Positions 1 through 15,092 of a DNA stretch of 64,000 nucleotides are shown here, piece by piece. Positions within the stretch are counted from its first letter, which is position 1. Every line of letters begins with the position of its first letter. A model generated the notes under the pieces. That model worked only from the letters and a program-made list of their open reading frames with translations. It searched no databases and had not been told where the DNA came from. A program made the position numbers and the translations under genes. The DNA is from an uncultured Actinomycetota bacterium (GTDB taxonomy: Bacteria; Actinomycetota; Actinomycetes; Mycobacteriales; SCTD01), in assembly GCA_963806415.1 (NCBI GenBank), contig CAWDYD010000005.1, positions 327,279 to 391,278 on the forward strand, written 5' to 3'.

Positions 1-251
1 CCGTCGGCGGCGATGAACGCCTTGGTCTCCGGGTCGGCGACCTGCAGGCCGGCCGGGCCGGCGAGCCCGACCGCCCGCGGCGCCAGCGCGGACCACAGCA
101 GGCCGACCGGCGGGCCGAGTGCCGCGGTCCCGACCAGCGCGGTGGCCAGCGTGCGGAGCGACCGGCCCCGGCCGGGGTCGGCGGGCCGGTTCCCGGGGCC
201 GTGCTCACCGGCGCCGTCCCGCGTGCGCGCCGGGTCGACGGTCAGTGCCAC
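1..251 (-). CDS. DUF2567-like membrane protein, partial (runs off window start)
   Basis: Manual translation from GTG at 251: MALTVDP...LATALVGTAALGPPVGLLWSALAPRAV...DPETKAFIAADG; hydrophobic helix and typical motifs; overlaps the stop of the upstream gene. Confidence 0.6.
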   Translation of the reverse strand, partial: MALTVDPARTRDGAGEHGPGNRPADPGRGRSLRTLATALVGTAALGPPVGLLWSALAPRAVGLAGPAGLQVADPETKAFIAAD

Positions 252-909
252 ACCTCGGCCGTGCGCCACACCAGGATGTCGAGCGCGCGCAGCCGGGTCA
301 CCGGGCTGCCGGCGGCCTCGGCGACCGCCACCAGGGTGTCGAAGGCGGCGCGCTCCTCGGTCAGGTCGGTGCGCATCTGGCGCAGCAGCAACGTCATCGA
401 CTCCCGCCAGCTGCGGTGCAGCGACCGCTCGATCGCACCGGGTGCGGTGTAGCTCTCGAAGATGCGCGAGTCGTAGAGCGGCACCAGGTCGGGCCGCTTG
501 CGGTGCAGCACCTTGGACAGGATCGTGCCGCGTACGCCCCGGCCGGCGTACGGCGCCTCGTCGAGCACGCCGAACAGGTCCGCGACGGCGTCCAGCACGT
601 CGTCGGGGGCGTCCTGCAGCGCCACCGGCGGCAGCTGCGCGATGCCGGAGATCCGCGGCAGCAGCTCGCGCAGCAGCAGGAAGCGGGACCGGTCGACCTC
701 CGCGCCGATCAGGTTCGGCGCGAGCAGGTCGCCGTCGACGAGCGCCGCCGACCCGTTGGTCACCAGACGGTCGTACGCCGGGTAGCTCCAGGAGTTCCGG
801 CTGTCGAGGTGGTCGAGCAGCAGCTGGTCGGGCTGCTCGACGACCAGCGTGCCGGCGCACAGCCGGACCGGGGGCATGCCCTCGCCGCCCCGGGTCGGCT
901 CGGTGCCCA

Positions 910-910
<1 letters not shown>
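242..910 (-). CDS. DUF6308-like protein (HhH-like motif)
   Basis: C-terminal part of ORF 242..1261; motif GVRGTILSKVLHRKRPDLVPLYD...LRALDILVW; ATG overlaps the dnaE stop (TGATG). Confidence 0.65.
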
Positions 911-4459
<3,549 letters not shown>

Positions 4460-4678
4460 GCGGGAGCCCCGGACGACGGGCGTGCGGCGGTCATGACGGG
4501 TCGTCTCCTAGCGGTACGCCGGTGGAGCAGCGTCGGTCCGAGGGGAAGACGGGCCGTGCTGGTCGAGCGGCGCCCAGTCTCCCACGCACCTGTGACAGCC
4601 CGACCCCGACACGCCTCCGGCCCCGGGCCGGCGACGTCGTCGGGGCCCGGGGCGGGAGGCGCACAGCGCCTGCCGGGC

Positions 4679-6614
4679 TCAGCCCTGCGGGAAGGCCGGG
4701 CTGGTGTAGTTCAGCGGCCGGAGCAGGTCGGCGGTGCGGGCACCGGTCTGCCAGACGTCGCCGTCGCCGTCCGGGTCGATCGTGACGCCGGTGTGAAGGA
4801 ACGTCGCGACCTGGGCCTGGCCCTGCCCGAACGCGGTCGGGAACTGCGCCGGGTTGAGCAGGAAGCCGTGCGGGTTGATCCCGGCCTGCTCGGTGCGGTC
4901 GTTGCGGTAGAGCGAGGTGCGGAAGAACAGCCCGCCCGCCGCGGCCAGCGTGTACGTCGTCGGGTTGGGCACGGTCATGTCACCGAAGGCCGCCTGCACG
5001 ATCACCCGGTCGGCCGGGATGCGCGGGGCGTAGGCCTCCGGGCTGCCGGGCCGGTCGAGCCAGGTGGTGCCGGCGATCAGCTCCTGGACGGCGATCGCTC
5101 CCGGAGCCGGCTGCAGGACCGGGCCCTGCCCGCGCAGCGGCATCGACTCCTGGAAGAACGCCTGGTCGGCGGAGGCGGAGTTGAGCAGGCCGGCGGCCTG
5201 CAGCACCTGCGTCTGCAGCAGCCGGAAGGCCGGTGACAGCCGGACGATCTCGCTGATCGGTCCGCCCGGCACGTTGAGCACCGACCGGGCGACCAGCGGG
5301 TCGGTGCCGGCCACCATCGTGCCGTAGATGCCGCCGAAGCTCTGCCCGACGTAGGTGATGCCGGTCGGGCGCAGCTCGCTGCCCGGCGCGGCGTCGAGGT
5401 CCAGGCCGCGGCCCAGGCTGCGCACCAGCGTCATCACGTCGGCCGCGGTCTGCCGCAGCCCGTCGCGGCTGCCGACGGTCGCCGCCGGCCCGGTCGGCAG
5501 CGTCGACACGCCCTCGGTGCTGGTGATGGTGCCGTCGCCGTCCAGGTCGATCCCCCGGCCGTACGCCGGGATCGAGACCGTCTCGCCGTCCCGCGTCACC
5601 GACCAGGAGCTGGCCGGGCCGTAGCCGTGCCCGACGACGTCGGTGGCGATGGTGGCCAGGCCGGACGCCGAGTTCGTGGCGGCGGCCAGCAGCACGTCGG
5701 CGTTCGAGCGGGTGAAGCCGTGCCCGAAGACCGCCGTCGGCCAGCCGCCCTCCGGAGCCGTCCCGGGCGGCACGACGAGCACGAACGGCAGCCGCTCGGC
5801 GGCCAGCGGCCGGCTGAAGCCGCCCCGGGTCGGGGTCATCTCGATCGTGCGGTCCGGTCGCACCCAGGACGGGGCGAGGTAGGAGCCGAAGACGACGTTG
5901 CCGCGCACCAGCGACGGCGCGGGCACCGCGACCGAGCCGCCGGCCGTCCCGCGGTCCTGGACGTAGCTGAACGTGGTGCCCTCGGCCGGGACGATCGCGT
6001 CGACGGTCAGGGCGCGCGCGTCGTCGGCGATGCCGACGACCGAGAAGGCCCGGCCGTTGTCGAGCTGGTCGCGCATGCCGTCCAGCCCGTCCCGGGCCGA
6101 CAGCGTGGTGAAAGTCGTCCGCGCCGGCCGGCACCCCGGACCGGCCCGACACGGCCAGCCGGTAGGTGGTCCCGGGGAACAGCTGCGACGCCGGGTGCGC
6201 GTACACCGTGTGCGTCGCCGGGTCGTAGACCACCCGGTCGATGCCGATCCGCCGGCCGTTGCCGACCTGGACGACGCTGGTGGACGCGACCACGTCGTCC
6301 ACGTCGACCGGCCGGTCGAAGTCCAGGGCGAGCCGCGGGTCCAGGTCGAAGCCGTCGAGCTCGTTGAGACCGGCCAGCAGGCCGCAGACGACCTCGTTCG
6401 GGCACCCTTCGGTCGGCAGGGCGACCCGCCGGCCGGTCCGCTGGGCCGGGTCGGCGACGGTGAGCGCGTCGGTCGGGAACAGCGTGACCCCGCCGGACGG
6501 GCCGGACACGTCGCGCCCGGCCGCCGCGGCCGGGGCGGCGAGCGAGCCCGCCGCGAGCGCGGCGGCGGCCAGCACCCCGGTCAGACGGGGCACGAACGGG
6601 GCAGCACGACGCAC
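4679..6614 (-). CDS. Secreted alpha/beta hydrolase (lipase-like) with N-terminal Ig-like region; frameshift near 6115
   Basis: Signal peptide MRRAAPFVPRLTGVLAAAALAAGSLAAPAAA; LNELDGF; FGHGFTRS; GQSFGG nucleophile elbow; EF-hand-like DLDGDGTITSTE; joins ORFs 4980..6614 and 4679..6076. Confidence 0.7.
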
Positions 6615-6688
6615 GGGGGCCTCCGGGGCTGTGGGGCCCCGTTCCTACCGCGTACCGGTCGGGAACGCCACCAGCCGGGCGGTCCGGA

Positions 6689-8587
6689 TCAGGACTGGGC
6701 CTCGTCCAGGGCCGGGGCGCTGCGGGCGACGGTCTCCACCACGGTCCGCGCGACCTCCTGCGCGGTCATCCCGATCTCGGCCCGGACCTGCGCCACCGTG
6801 CCGTGGTCGAGGAACCGGGGCGGGATGCCGACCTCCCGGGTCGGGACGTCGACGCCGGCGTCCCGCAGCGCCTGCGAGACCCGGGTGCCGACACCGCCGA
6901 CCCGGCCGGAGTCCTCCACGGTCACCACGAGGTCGTAGGAGGCCGCCAGGGCGACCAGCTCGGGAGCGACCGGGGCGACCCAGCGCGGGTCGACGACGGT
7001 GACGCCGATCCCCTGCGCCGCGCACCGGTCGGCCACCTCCAGGCCCAGCCGGGCCGTGGCGCCCACCGCGACCACCAGCACGCTGTCGCCGGTGGCGCGG
7101 CGCAGCACGTCGACCGGCCCGCGCCGCTCGATCGCCGGGACGTCCTCGCCGACCGCGCCCTTCGGGAAGCGGATCGCGGTCGGCCCGTCGTCGACCGCCA
7201 GCGCCTCGCGCAGCTGCTCGCGCAGCGACCCGCCGTCCCGCGGCGCGGCGATCCGGATGCCGGGCACCACCTGCAGGATCGACAGGTCCCACATGCCGTT
7301 GTGGCTGGCGCCGTCCTCACCGGTGACACCGGCGCGGTCCAGCACGAAGGTCACCGGCAGCCGGTGCAGGGCGACGTCCATCAGCACCTGGTCGAACGCC
7401 CGGTTGAGGAAGGTGGCGTAGAGGCAGACGACCGGGTGCAGCCCGCCGATCGCGAGGCCGGCCGCCGAGGTCACCGCGTGCTGCTCGGCGATGCCCACGT
7501 CGAACGTCCGGTCGGGGTAGGCCGTGGCGAAGGCGTGCAGCCCGACCGGCTGCAGCATCGCGGCGGTGATCGCCACCACGTCGGGGCGCTCCGCACCGAC
7601 CTCGACCATCTCCTCGGAGAAGACGCTGGTGAACCCGCGGGCCCGGGTGCCGGTCGGCTTGCCGGTCACCGGGTCGATGATGCCGACGCTGTGCAGGCAG
7701 TCGGCCTCGTCGTCGACCGCCGGCTGGTAGCCGAACCCCTTGACCGTGACGGCGTGCACCAGCACCGGCCCGCCGAACTCCTTGGCCCGCCGGAGCGCGG
7801 CCTCCATCGCGGCGGTGTCGTGGCCGTCGATCGGGCCGACGTACTTGAGCCCGAGGTCCTCGAACAGCACCTGCGGCTGCAGGAAGTCCTTCAGGCCGCG
7901 CTTGAGCCCGTGCAGCGCCTCGTACACCGGCGCTCCGACGACGGGGGTGCGCTCCAGCGCCGTCCGGACCGTCTCGAGCGCCTTCTCGTAGCCCTGGGTC
8001 ATCCGCAGCGAGGCGAGGTGCTCGGCCAGCCCGCCCACCGTGCGGTCGTAGGAGCGGCCGTTGTCGTTCACCACGACCACGATCGGCAGGTCGGTGCCGG
8101 CGATGTTGTTCAGCGCCTCCCAGCACATCCCGCCGGTCAGCGCCCCGTCGCCGACGACCGCCACGACGTGCCGGTCCTCACCGCGGATCCGGTAGGCCTT
8201 GGCGATCCCGTCGGCGTAGGACAGCGCCGTGGAGGCGTGGCTGTTCTCGATCACGTCGTGCTCGGACTCGGTGCGGCTCGGGTAGCCCGACAGGCCGCCG
8301 CGCTGGCGCAGCGACCCGAAGGCGCCCATCCGGCCGGTGACCATCTTGTGGACGTACGCCTGGTGCCCGGTGTCCCAGACGATCCGGTCACGCGGCGAGT
8401 CGAAGACCCGGTGCATCGCCAGCGTCATCTCCACCACGCCGAGGCTCGGCCCCAGGTGGCCACCGGTGCGGGAGACCGCGTCGATGAGGAAGTCCCGGAC
8501 CTCGGCGGCGAGCACCGGCAGCTGCGCCGGCGCGAGTCGCTGAAGGTCCTCGGGACCGTGCACGGTCTCCAGCAGGCTCAACGTCAT
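6689..8587 (-). CDS. dxs: 1-deoxy-D-xylulose-5-phosphate synthase
   Basis: [42 protein letters not shown] motifs; 632 aa. Confidence 0.97.
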   Translation of the reverse strand: MTLSLLETVHGPEDLQRLAPAQLPVLAAEVRDFLIDAVSRTGGHLGPSLGVVEMTLAMHRVFDSPRDRIVWDTGHQAYVHKMVTGRMGAFGSLRQRGGLSGYPSRTESEHDVIENSHASTALSYADGIAKAYRIRGEDRHVVAVVGDGALTGGMCWEALNNIAGTDLPIVVVVNDNGRSYDRTVGGLAEHLASLRMTQGYEKALETVRTALERTPVVGAPVYEALHGLKRGLKDFLQPQVLFEDLGLKYVGPIDGHDTAAMEAALRRAKEFGGPVLVHAVTVKGFGYQPAVDDEADCLHSVGIIDPVTGKPTGTRARGFTSVFSEEMVEVGAERPDVVAITAAMLQPVGLHAFATAYPDRTFDVGIAEQHAVTSAAGLAIGGLHPVVCLYATFLNRAFDQVLMDVALHRLPVTFVLDRAGVTGEDGASHNGMWDLSILQVVPGIRIAAPRDGGSLREQLREALAVDDGPTAIRFPKGAVGEDVPAIERRGPVDVLRRATGDSVLVVAVGATARLGLEVADRCAAQGIGVTVVDPRWVAPVAPELVALAASYDLVVTVEDSGRVGGVGTRVSQALRDAGVDVPTREVGIPPRFLDHGTVAQVRAEIGMTAQEVARTVVETVARSAPALDEAQS

Positions 8588-8672
8588 CTCCTCGCAGCGT
8601 CCGGTCCAGGGTACGTCGACCGGACCGCTGCCACCGCTCGACGCCGGGCCGGCGCACCGGGGGTGCCCGCGG

Positions 8673-9044
8673 TCACAACCGGGGGACGTAGCGCTCGCCG
8701 CGCAGCGCGGCGTCCACCAGCGCGACCGCCCGGCCGGTCGCGACGAGCCGGCGGCCCTCCCGGTCGTACGCCCCGACGGCCGCCTCGACGACCTCGGGCG
8801 GGACGACGTCGCGCAGGTCCCGGCGCACCGTCCGCAGCCCGGCCCGGGCCGCCTCCACGGCGCTCTCGACGTGCCCGGCCGCGAACCGGGCGAGCACGAC
8901 CGGGTGCCGGCGCAGGACGTCGTGGGCGCGGTAGTCCGGCGGGCACAGGTCGAACAGCCAGGCCACCGCGCTGCGCTCCCAGTCCGGGGCGTGCGGCGGG
9001 AGGACGTCGGCCGGCCAGCCCGGCGGGGTCTGCGGGTCGCGCAC
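8673..9044 (-). CDS. Conserved actinobacterial hypothetical protein
   Basis: PPGWP...[38 protein letters not shown] at 9044 with GGAGG upstream. Confidence 0.7.
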   Translation of the reverse strand: MRDPQTPPGWPADVLPPHAPDWERSAVAWLFDLCPPDYRAHDVLRRHPVVLARFAAGHVESAVEAARAGLRTVRRDLRDVVPPEVVEAAVGAYDREGRRLVATGRAVALVDAALRGERYVPRL

Positions 9045-9171
9045 TCCGCCTCCCCTCCCGGCCTCTCGCGGCCTCTCGCGGCCGCGGCCCGGCCTGTCGC
9101 CCATTCTCGTCGACGTCCCGCCCGCCCCGCACGGCTGTACGGCCCGCACCCGGCCTGGCAGGGTCGCGGGC

Positions 9172-9582
9172 ATGGACCTCGACCGTGCCCGGGAGTACGT
9201 CCGGACCCACTCGCACGCGGTGCTCAGCACCGTGCGCCGCGACGGCACCCCGCAGATGTCCCCGGTGCTGGCCGCGGTCGACGAGCAGGGCCGGGTCGTG
9301 GTGTCCAGCCGGGAGACCGCGTTCAAGACCCGCAACGCGCGGCGCGACCCGCGGGTCCACCTGTGCGTGTTCCCGGACGGCTTCTTCGGCGAGTGGGTGC
9401 AGCTGGACGGGCGGGCGGACGTGCTGTCCCTGCCGGACGCCCTGGAGCCGCTGGTCGCGTACTACCGGAGCTCGGTCGGCGAGCACGAGGACTGGGCGGC
9501 GTACCGGCAGGCGATGCGCGACGAGCAGCGCTGCCTGCTGCGGGTCACCCTGGAGCGGGCCGGTCCGGACCGGGCGGGCTGA
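9172..9582 (+). CDS. PPOX class F420-dependent oxidoreductase
   Basis: [38 protein letters not shown]. Confidence 0.9.
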   Translation: MDLDRAREYVRTHSHAVLSTVRRDGTPQMSPVLAAVDEQGRVVVSSRETAFKTRNARRDPRVHLCVFPDGFFGEWVQLDGRADVLSLPDALEPLVAYYRSSVGEHEDWAAYRQAMRDEQRCLLRVTLERAGPDRAG

Positions 9583-10315
9583 CGCCGCCGCCGGCCGGCC
9601 CGGAGCGCCGCCGCGCCACCAGGTCGTACGCCGGCCGTCCGGCCTCCCGGCCCTGCTGCTCGAAGCGGGTGACCGGCCGGCTGGCCGGCCGCTCGGTCGA
9701 CACCAGCTCCAGGCCCGGCGAGCCGGCGAGCGCGGCGGCCACCCGCTCGGCGTAGGGCTGCCAGTCGGTGGCGACGTGCAGCAGGCCCCCGGGGCGCAGC
9801 CGGTCGGCCACCAGGGCCAGGAAGGCCTCGTCGACGAGCCGGCGCTTGGCGTGCCGGGCCTTCGGCCAGGGGTCGGGGAACCACACCCGCACCTCGGCGA
9901 GGCTGGCCGGCGCCAGCATCTGCCCCAGCAGCACCCGGACGTCCCCGTCCGCGACCCGGACCCGGCTCAGGCCGCGGGCCTCGACGAGCTTGAGCAGGTT
10001 GCCGTGGCCGGGGGTGTGCACGTCGACCGCGAGCACGCCGGTGCCCGGGTCGGCGGCGGCCGCCGCCGCCGTCGCCTCGCCCATCCCGCTGCCGACGTCC
10101 AGCACGACCGGCACGCCGGGCCCGAACAGCGCGGCGAGGTCGAGCGGGCGGCCGTCGACGTCGACCCCCCAGCGCGGCCACAGCCGGTCGATGGCGTCGG
10201 CCTGGCTGCCGGTCACCCGTCCCCGGCGCAGCCGGAACGTGTGCAGTGGCTCGTGCGGCCGGACCCGCTGCGGCACCGGCTGCCGCGCCGGCCCGGAACG
10301 CCCGGCGCCGGTCAT
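9545..10315 (-). CDS. trmB: tRNA (guanine(46)-N7)-methyltransferase
   Basis: LDVGSGMGEAT, AVDVHTPG, FPDPWPKARHAKRRL, ATDWQPYA, RPVTRFE. Confidence 0.93.
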   Translation of the reverse strand: MTGAGRSGPARQPVPQRVRPHEPLHTFRLRRGRVTGSQADAIDRLWPRWGVDVDGRPLDLAALFGPGVPVVLDVGSGMGEATAAAAAADPGTGVLAVDVHTPGHGNLLKLVEARGLSRVRVADGDVRVLLGQMLAPASLAEVRVWFPDPWPKARHAKRRLVDEAFLALVADRLRPGGLLHVATDWQPYAERVAAALAGSPGLELVSTERPASRPVTRFEQQGREAGRPAYDLVARRRSGPAGGGVSPPGPDRPAPG

Positions 10316-11598
10316 CCGGCCGGCGGCTCGAAGACGGCGAGCAGCTCGACGTGCTCGGTCATCGGGTACAGGTCGAACGCCCGCAGGCCCGGCATCGTCC
10401 AGCCGGCGTCGAGCAGGACCTTCGCGTCGCGGGCGAAGGAGGCCGGCTCGCAGGAGACGTACGCGATCCGGCGGGGACGCAGCGCGGCCAGCGCCCGGGT
10501 GACGTCCAGGCCGGCGCCGGCCCGCGGCGGGTCCAGGACCACCAGGTCGGGCGGGGCCTGCCCGGCCGGGCCGGGCCGGGCCAGCCGCTCGAGCAGCGCC
10601 GGCTCCACCGGCGCCGTCCGGATCCGGACCTGCGGCAGGTCGGCGCAGTTGCGGGCCGCGTCGGCGCACGCCCGCGGCTCGGCCTCGACCGCCAGCACGG
10701 ACCCCTGCGGGCCGACCGCCTCGGCCAGCAGCGCGGCGAACAGCCCCACCCCGGCGTAGAGGTCGACGACGCTGTCCCCCGGCCGCGGCTCGAGCGCGCC
10801 GAGCACCGCGGCGGCCAGGGTCGGGGCGGCGCCGACGTGCACCTGCCAGAAGCCGCCCGCGGCGACCTCGAACCGCCGGCCGAGCACCTCGTGACGCAGG
10901 CCGTGCGGCACGGCGACCGGCAGGCCGTCCACGACCGCTCCCGCGTCGACCGGCGGCACCCGCGGGCGGCCGCGGCTGCCCCGGGCGACGTCGACGACCC
11001 GCTGCGTCCCGTCGGCGGTGGTCGCCACCTCGACGGTCGCGGCGGCGTACCAGCGCTCCCGCTCGGCGCCGACCGCCTCGACACCGGGCGCGGCGATCAG
11101 GCAGCGCTCGACGTGCAGCAGGTCGTGCGAGCGGTGCCGGCGCAGCCCGGGCCGGCCGTCGTGCGAGACCGCGAACGACACCCGGGTCCGCCAGCCGAGC
11201 CCGTCCGGCGCGCCGGGGACCTCCTCCACGACGACCTCGCGCTCGACCCGGGCCGTGCGGCGCAGCTGCTCGGCGACCAGCTCGGCCTTGAGCGCGCGCT
11301 GCCGGGCCAGCGCCACGTGCTGCCAGTCGCAACCGCCGCAGAGCCCCGGCCCGGCGTACGGGCAGGGCGGCGCGACCCGGTCCGGCGAGGCCTGCAGCAC
11401 CTGCACGGCGTCGGCCCGCAGGAACCGGGTGGTCGCCGAGGTGACCACCGCCCGGACCCGCTCACCGGGCAGCGCGTGCCGGACGAAGACCACCCGGCCG
11501 TCCGGCGCCCGGGCGACGCACGACCCGCCCGCCGCGACGGCGCCGGTCTCCAGCTCCAGCTCGGCGCCCACCCCGGCGTCCGGGGCGTCGGCGCTCAC
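10312..11598 (-). CDS. TRAM-domain class I SAM-dependent RNA methyltransferase (RlmD/TrmA family)
   Basis: VFVRHALPGERV, CPYAGPGLCGGCDWQH, FWQVH, DLYAGVGLF, LDPPRAG, YVSCEP, DLYPMTEHVE. Confidence 0.92.
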   Translation of the reverse strand: MSADAPDAGVGAELELETGAVAAGGSCVARAPDGRVVFVRHALPGERVRAVVTSATTRFLRADAVQVLQASPDRVAPPCPYAGPGLCGGCDWQHVALARQRALKAELVAEQLRRTARVEREVVVEEVPGAPDGLGWRTRVSFAVSHDGRPGLRRHRSHDLLHVERCLIAAPGVEAVGAERERWYAAATVEVATTADGTQRVVDVARGSRGRPRVPPVDAGAVVDGLPVAVPHGLRHEVLGRRFEVAAGGFWQVHVGAAPTLAAAVLGALEPRPGDSVVDLYAGVGLFAALLAEAVGPQGSVLAVEAEPRACADAARNCADLPQVRIRTAPVEPALLERLARPGPAGQAPPDLVVLDPPRAGAGLDVTRALAALRPRRIAYVSCEPASFARDAKVLLDAGWTMPGLRAFDLYPMTEHVELLAVFEPPAG

Positions 11599-13615
11599 TC
11601 GGCGGCCCGGGCGGCGGCGTCGTCGCGGGCGTCCGCGGGGCTGAGGTCGGTGGTGACGTCCCGCCGCCGGTCGGAGGAGTGCAGCTGGTACGGCACGCTG
11701 GTCACCATCACGCCCGGCTGGAACAGCAGCCGGGTCTTGAGCCGCAGGGCGCTCTGGTTGTGCAGCAGCTGCTCCCACCAGTGACCCACGACGTACTCCG
11801 GGATGTACACCGACACCACGTCGCGCGGGCTCTGCAGGCGGTAGTCGCGCACGTACTCCAGGACCGGCCGGGTCACCTCGCGGTACGGCGACGCGATGAT
11901 CGTCAGCGGCACGTCCAGGCCGCGGGCGTCCCACTGGTCCTGCAGCGCCCGGGCCTCGTCGGCGTCGACCGCGACGGTCAGCGCGGTGAGGTCGTGCGGC
12001 CGGGTGGCCTTGGCGTACGCCAGGGCCCGCAGCGTCGGCGCGTGGATCTTCGACACCAGGACGATGGCGTGGTTGCGGGAGGGCAGCGGCGGGTTGGTGG
12101 GCTCCGGGGCGAGCTCCAGGCGGACCCGGTCGTAGTGCCGGGCGATCCCGCGCATCAGCACGAACAGCACCGCCATCGCGATGATGCGCGATGTAGGCCC
12201 CGCGGGTGAACTTCGTGGCCAGCACGATCACCAGCACCGAACCGGTCATCGTCAGGCCGAAGGCGCTGATCCCGCGCAGCCGGAGCATCCGGCGCGCGCT
12301 CCGCGGGCCGGCGCTCGGCCGCGAGCAGCCGGGTCCAGTGCCGGAACATCCCGGCCTGGCTGAGCGTGAAGCTCAGGAACACCCCGACGATGTAGAGCTG
12401 GATGAGGCGGGTGACCTGGGCGTCGAAGGCCCAGATCAGCACGATGGCGGCGCCGGCCAGCAGCGACGATCCCGTTGCTGTACGCCAGCCGGTCGCCGCG
12501 GGTGTGCAGCTGGCGCGGCAGGTAGCCGTCCCGGGCCAGGATCGACCCGAGCACCGGGAAGCCGTTGAAGGCGGTGTTGGCGGCCAGCACCAGGATGATC
12601 CCGGTCGCCGCGGCGACCAGGTAGAAGCCGATCGGGAAGCCGTCGAAGATCGCCGCGGGCCAGCTGGCCGATCACCGGCGCCTGCAGCGTAGGACTCCCC
12701 GACCGGCACGCCGTCGCGGAGCAGCTCGGTGGCCGGGTCCTCGGCGAACCGCAGGTCCATCAGGTTGGCCAGCGTGATCACGCCCAGCACCATGGTGATC
12801 GCGATCAGGCCGAGCAGCCCGAGGGTGGTCGCGGCGTTCTTGCTCTTGGGCTTGGCGAAGGCCGGGACGCCGTTGCTGATCGCCTCCACGCCGGTGAGCG
12901 CGGCGCACCCGCTGGAGAACGCCCGCAGCAGCAGGAAGGCGCCGGCCAGCCCGCTGATGCCCTGCTCGTACGGCGGCTGGGCGGCGATCGCGAGGTCGGC
13001 GCTCTCGGCCTGCGGCAGGTCCCCGAAGGCGTAGCGCAGCAGCCCGAACGCCGTCATGCCGAGGATCGCGGCCATGAAGACGTACGTCGGGACGGCGAAG
13101 GCGACGCCGGACTCCTTGACCCCCCGCAGGTTCATGGTCATCAGGAACACGGTGGCGAACACGGCGGTGGTGGCCTCGTGACCGGCCAGCACCGGGATCG
13201 CCGAGGCGGCGTACTGCGCGGCCGAGGAGATCGAGACCGCGACGGTGAGCACGTAGTCGACCAGCAGGGCGCTCGCCACCGTCAGCCCGGCGGTGGCCCC
13301 GAGGTTGACCGTGGCCACCTCGTAGTCGCCGCCGCCGCTGGGATAGGCGTGCACGTTCTGCCGATAGGAGATGATCACCGTGAGCATGACCACCGCGACG
13401 ACGAGCGCGATCTTCCAGGAGAACGTGTAGGCGGCGACCCCCGCCAGCGCCAGGGTCAGGAAGATCTCGTCCGGCGCGTACGCCACCGACGACAGGGCGT
13501 CGCTGGCGAAGACCGGCAGCGCGATCTTCTTGGGCAGCAGCTGCTCCCCGAGGCGGTCGCTGCGCAGCGCTCGCCCGAGGACGAGCCGCTTGACGAGGTC
13601 GTTCGGCGCAGCCAC
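11595..13615 (-). CDS. APC family permease, KimA-like potassium transporter (frameshifts 12180-12690)
   Basis: LPVFASDALSSVAYA, YPSGGGDY, ALTGVEAISNGVPAF, AANTAFNGFP, HWWEQLLHNQSALRLK. Confidence 0.9.
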
Positions 13616-13706
13616 GACGCGAGCGTACGGGCCCCCGGCAGGGGGGCCGCGTGTAGCGTCTCGGCGGGCCCCGGCAGGGGCCCCACCAGCACCGGAGGGA
13701 CCGCAC

Positions 13707-14372
13707 GTGCACGTCGTGATCATGGGCTGCGGTCGGGTCGGCTCCGCGCTGGCCAAGGGCCTGGAGAGCTACGGGCACTCGGTGGCGGTCATCGACCGCG
13801 ACGAGAGCGCCTTCCGCCGGCTGCACGCCGACTTCGCCGGGCAGCGGATCACCGGGGTCGGCTTCGACCGGGACACCCTGGTGGAGGCCGGCATCGAGCG
13901 GGCGCACGCCTTCGCGGCGGTGAGCAGCGGCGACAACAGCAACATCATCTCGGCGCGGGTCGCGCGGGAGACGTTCGGCGTCGAGAACGTCGTGGCGCGG
14001 ATCTACGACGCCCGGCGCGCCGAGGTCTACCAGAAGCTCGGCATCCCGTCGGTCGCCACCGTGCGCTGGACCGCCGACCAGGTGATGCGCCGGATGATGC
14101 CGGAGGGGCTGGTCAGCGAGTGGCGGGACCCCAGCGGCCACGTGCTGCTCGCCGAGGTGGCCTACTCCCCCCGGTGGATCGGCACCCGGCTGTCCGACGT
14201 CGAGGCGGCCAGCGGGGCCCGGGTGGCGCTCATCACCCGACTCGGCGAGGGGCAGCTCCCGCGGGCCTCGACCGTCGTCCAGGAGGGCGACCTGCTGCAC
14301 CTGATGCTCTCCGAGCAGCAGCGCGACTCGGTCGTCGCGGTGCTCGCCGAAGGCCCGAGGGAGTCCTCGTGA
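13707..14372 (+). CDS. trkA: TrkA family potassium uptake (RCK) protein, CeoB-like
   Basis: VHVVIMGCGRVG Rossmann motif, GDNSNIISARVARETFGV. Confidence 0.9.
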   Translation: MHVVIMGCGRVGSALAKGLESYGHSVAVIDRDESAFRRLHADFAGQRITGVGFDRDTLVEAGIERAHAFAAVSSGDNSNIISARVARETFGVENVVARIYDARRAEVYQKLGIPSVATVRWTADQVMRRMMPEGLVSEWRDPSGHVLLAEVAYSPRWIGTRLSDVEAASGARVALITRLGEGQLPRASTVVQEGDLLHLMLSEQQRDSVVAVLAEGPRESS

Positions 14373-15055
14373 AGGTGGCGATCGCCGGCGCCGGCAACGT
14401 CGGCCGCTCCATCGCGCTGGAGCTGCTCGGCAACGGCCACCGCGTGCTGCTCATCGAGCGCGAGTCGCGGGCGATGAAGGTCGCCACGGTGCCGGAGGCC
14501 GAGTGGCTGCAGGCCGACGCCTGCGAGCTCGACAGCCTCGTGCAGGCGGCGCTGCAGGACTGCGACGTCGTGGTCGCCGCGACCGGCGACGACAAGGTCA
14601 ACCTGGTGGTGTCCCTGCTGGCCAAGACCGAGTTCGGGGTGGACCGGGTGGTCGCCCGGGTCAACCACCCCAAGAACGAGTGGCTGTTCAACGAGGCCTG
14701 GGGGGTGGACGTGTCGGTCTCCTCGCCGCGGCTGCTCGCCGCGGTGGTGGAGGAGGCGGTGTCGGTCGGCGACCTCGTCCGGCTGCTCACCTTCCGCCAG
14801 GGCCAGGCCAACCTCGTCGAGCTCACCCTCGCCGACGACGCGCACCTGGTCGGCCAGACCGTCGGCAGCATCGCCTGGCCGCGCGACGCGGCGCTGGTCG
14901 CCCTGCTCCGGGACGGCCGGGTGATCGTGCCGACGCCGGAGACCTCCCTGGAGGGCCATGACGAGCTGCTGCTCGTCGCGACCGTCGAGGTCGAGGACGA
15001 GCTGGACGCCCTGCTCGGCGGCCACCGGGTGTCCCGCGGCGGCCCGGCGCACTGA
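14369..15055 (+). CDS. trkA: TrkA family potassium uptake (RCK) protein, CeoC-like
   Basis: VAIAGAGNVG, ATGDDKVNLVVSLLAKTEF, NEWLF; GTGA overlap with previous gene. Confidence 0.9.
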   Translation: MKVAIAGAGNVGRSIALELLGNGHRVLLIERESRAMKVATVPEAEWLQADACELDSLVQAALQDCDVVVAATGDDKVNLVVSLLAKTEFGVDRVVARVNHPKNEWLFNEAWGVDVSVSSPRLLAAVVEEAVSVGDLVRLLTFRQGQANLVELTLADDAHLVGQTVGSIAWPRDAALVALLRDGRVIVPTPETSLEGHDELLLVATVEVEDELDALLGGHRVSRGGPAH

Positions 15056-15092
15056 CCCGGCGGGCCCGGCCCGCGGCCCGCCCGCCCCCGGC

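Noticed and set aside
9545..9582. 38-nt convergent overlap of the PPOX and trmB 3' ends
   Set aside because: Common in high-GC genomes with stop-poor tails
6803..10759. 1318-aa plus-strand ORF (similarly 28423..32265 and 26354..30076)
   Set aside because: Shadow frames over well-supported genes; Arg/Pro/Ala-rich nonsense
13616..13706. c-di-AMP (ydaO) riboswitch ahead of the KimA-like gene
   Set aside because: Intergenic region is only ~90 bp and the gene appears leaderless
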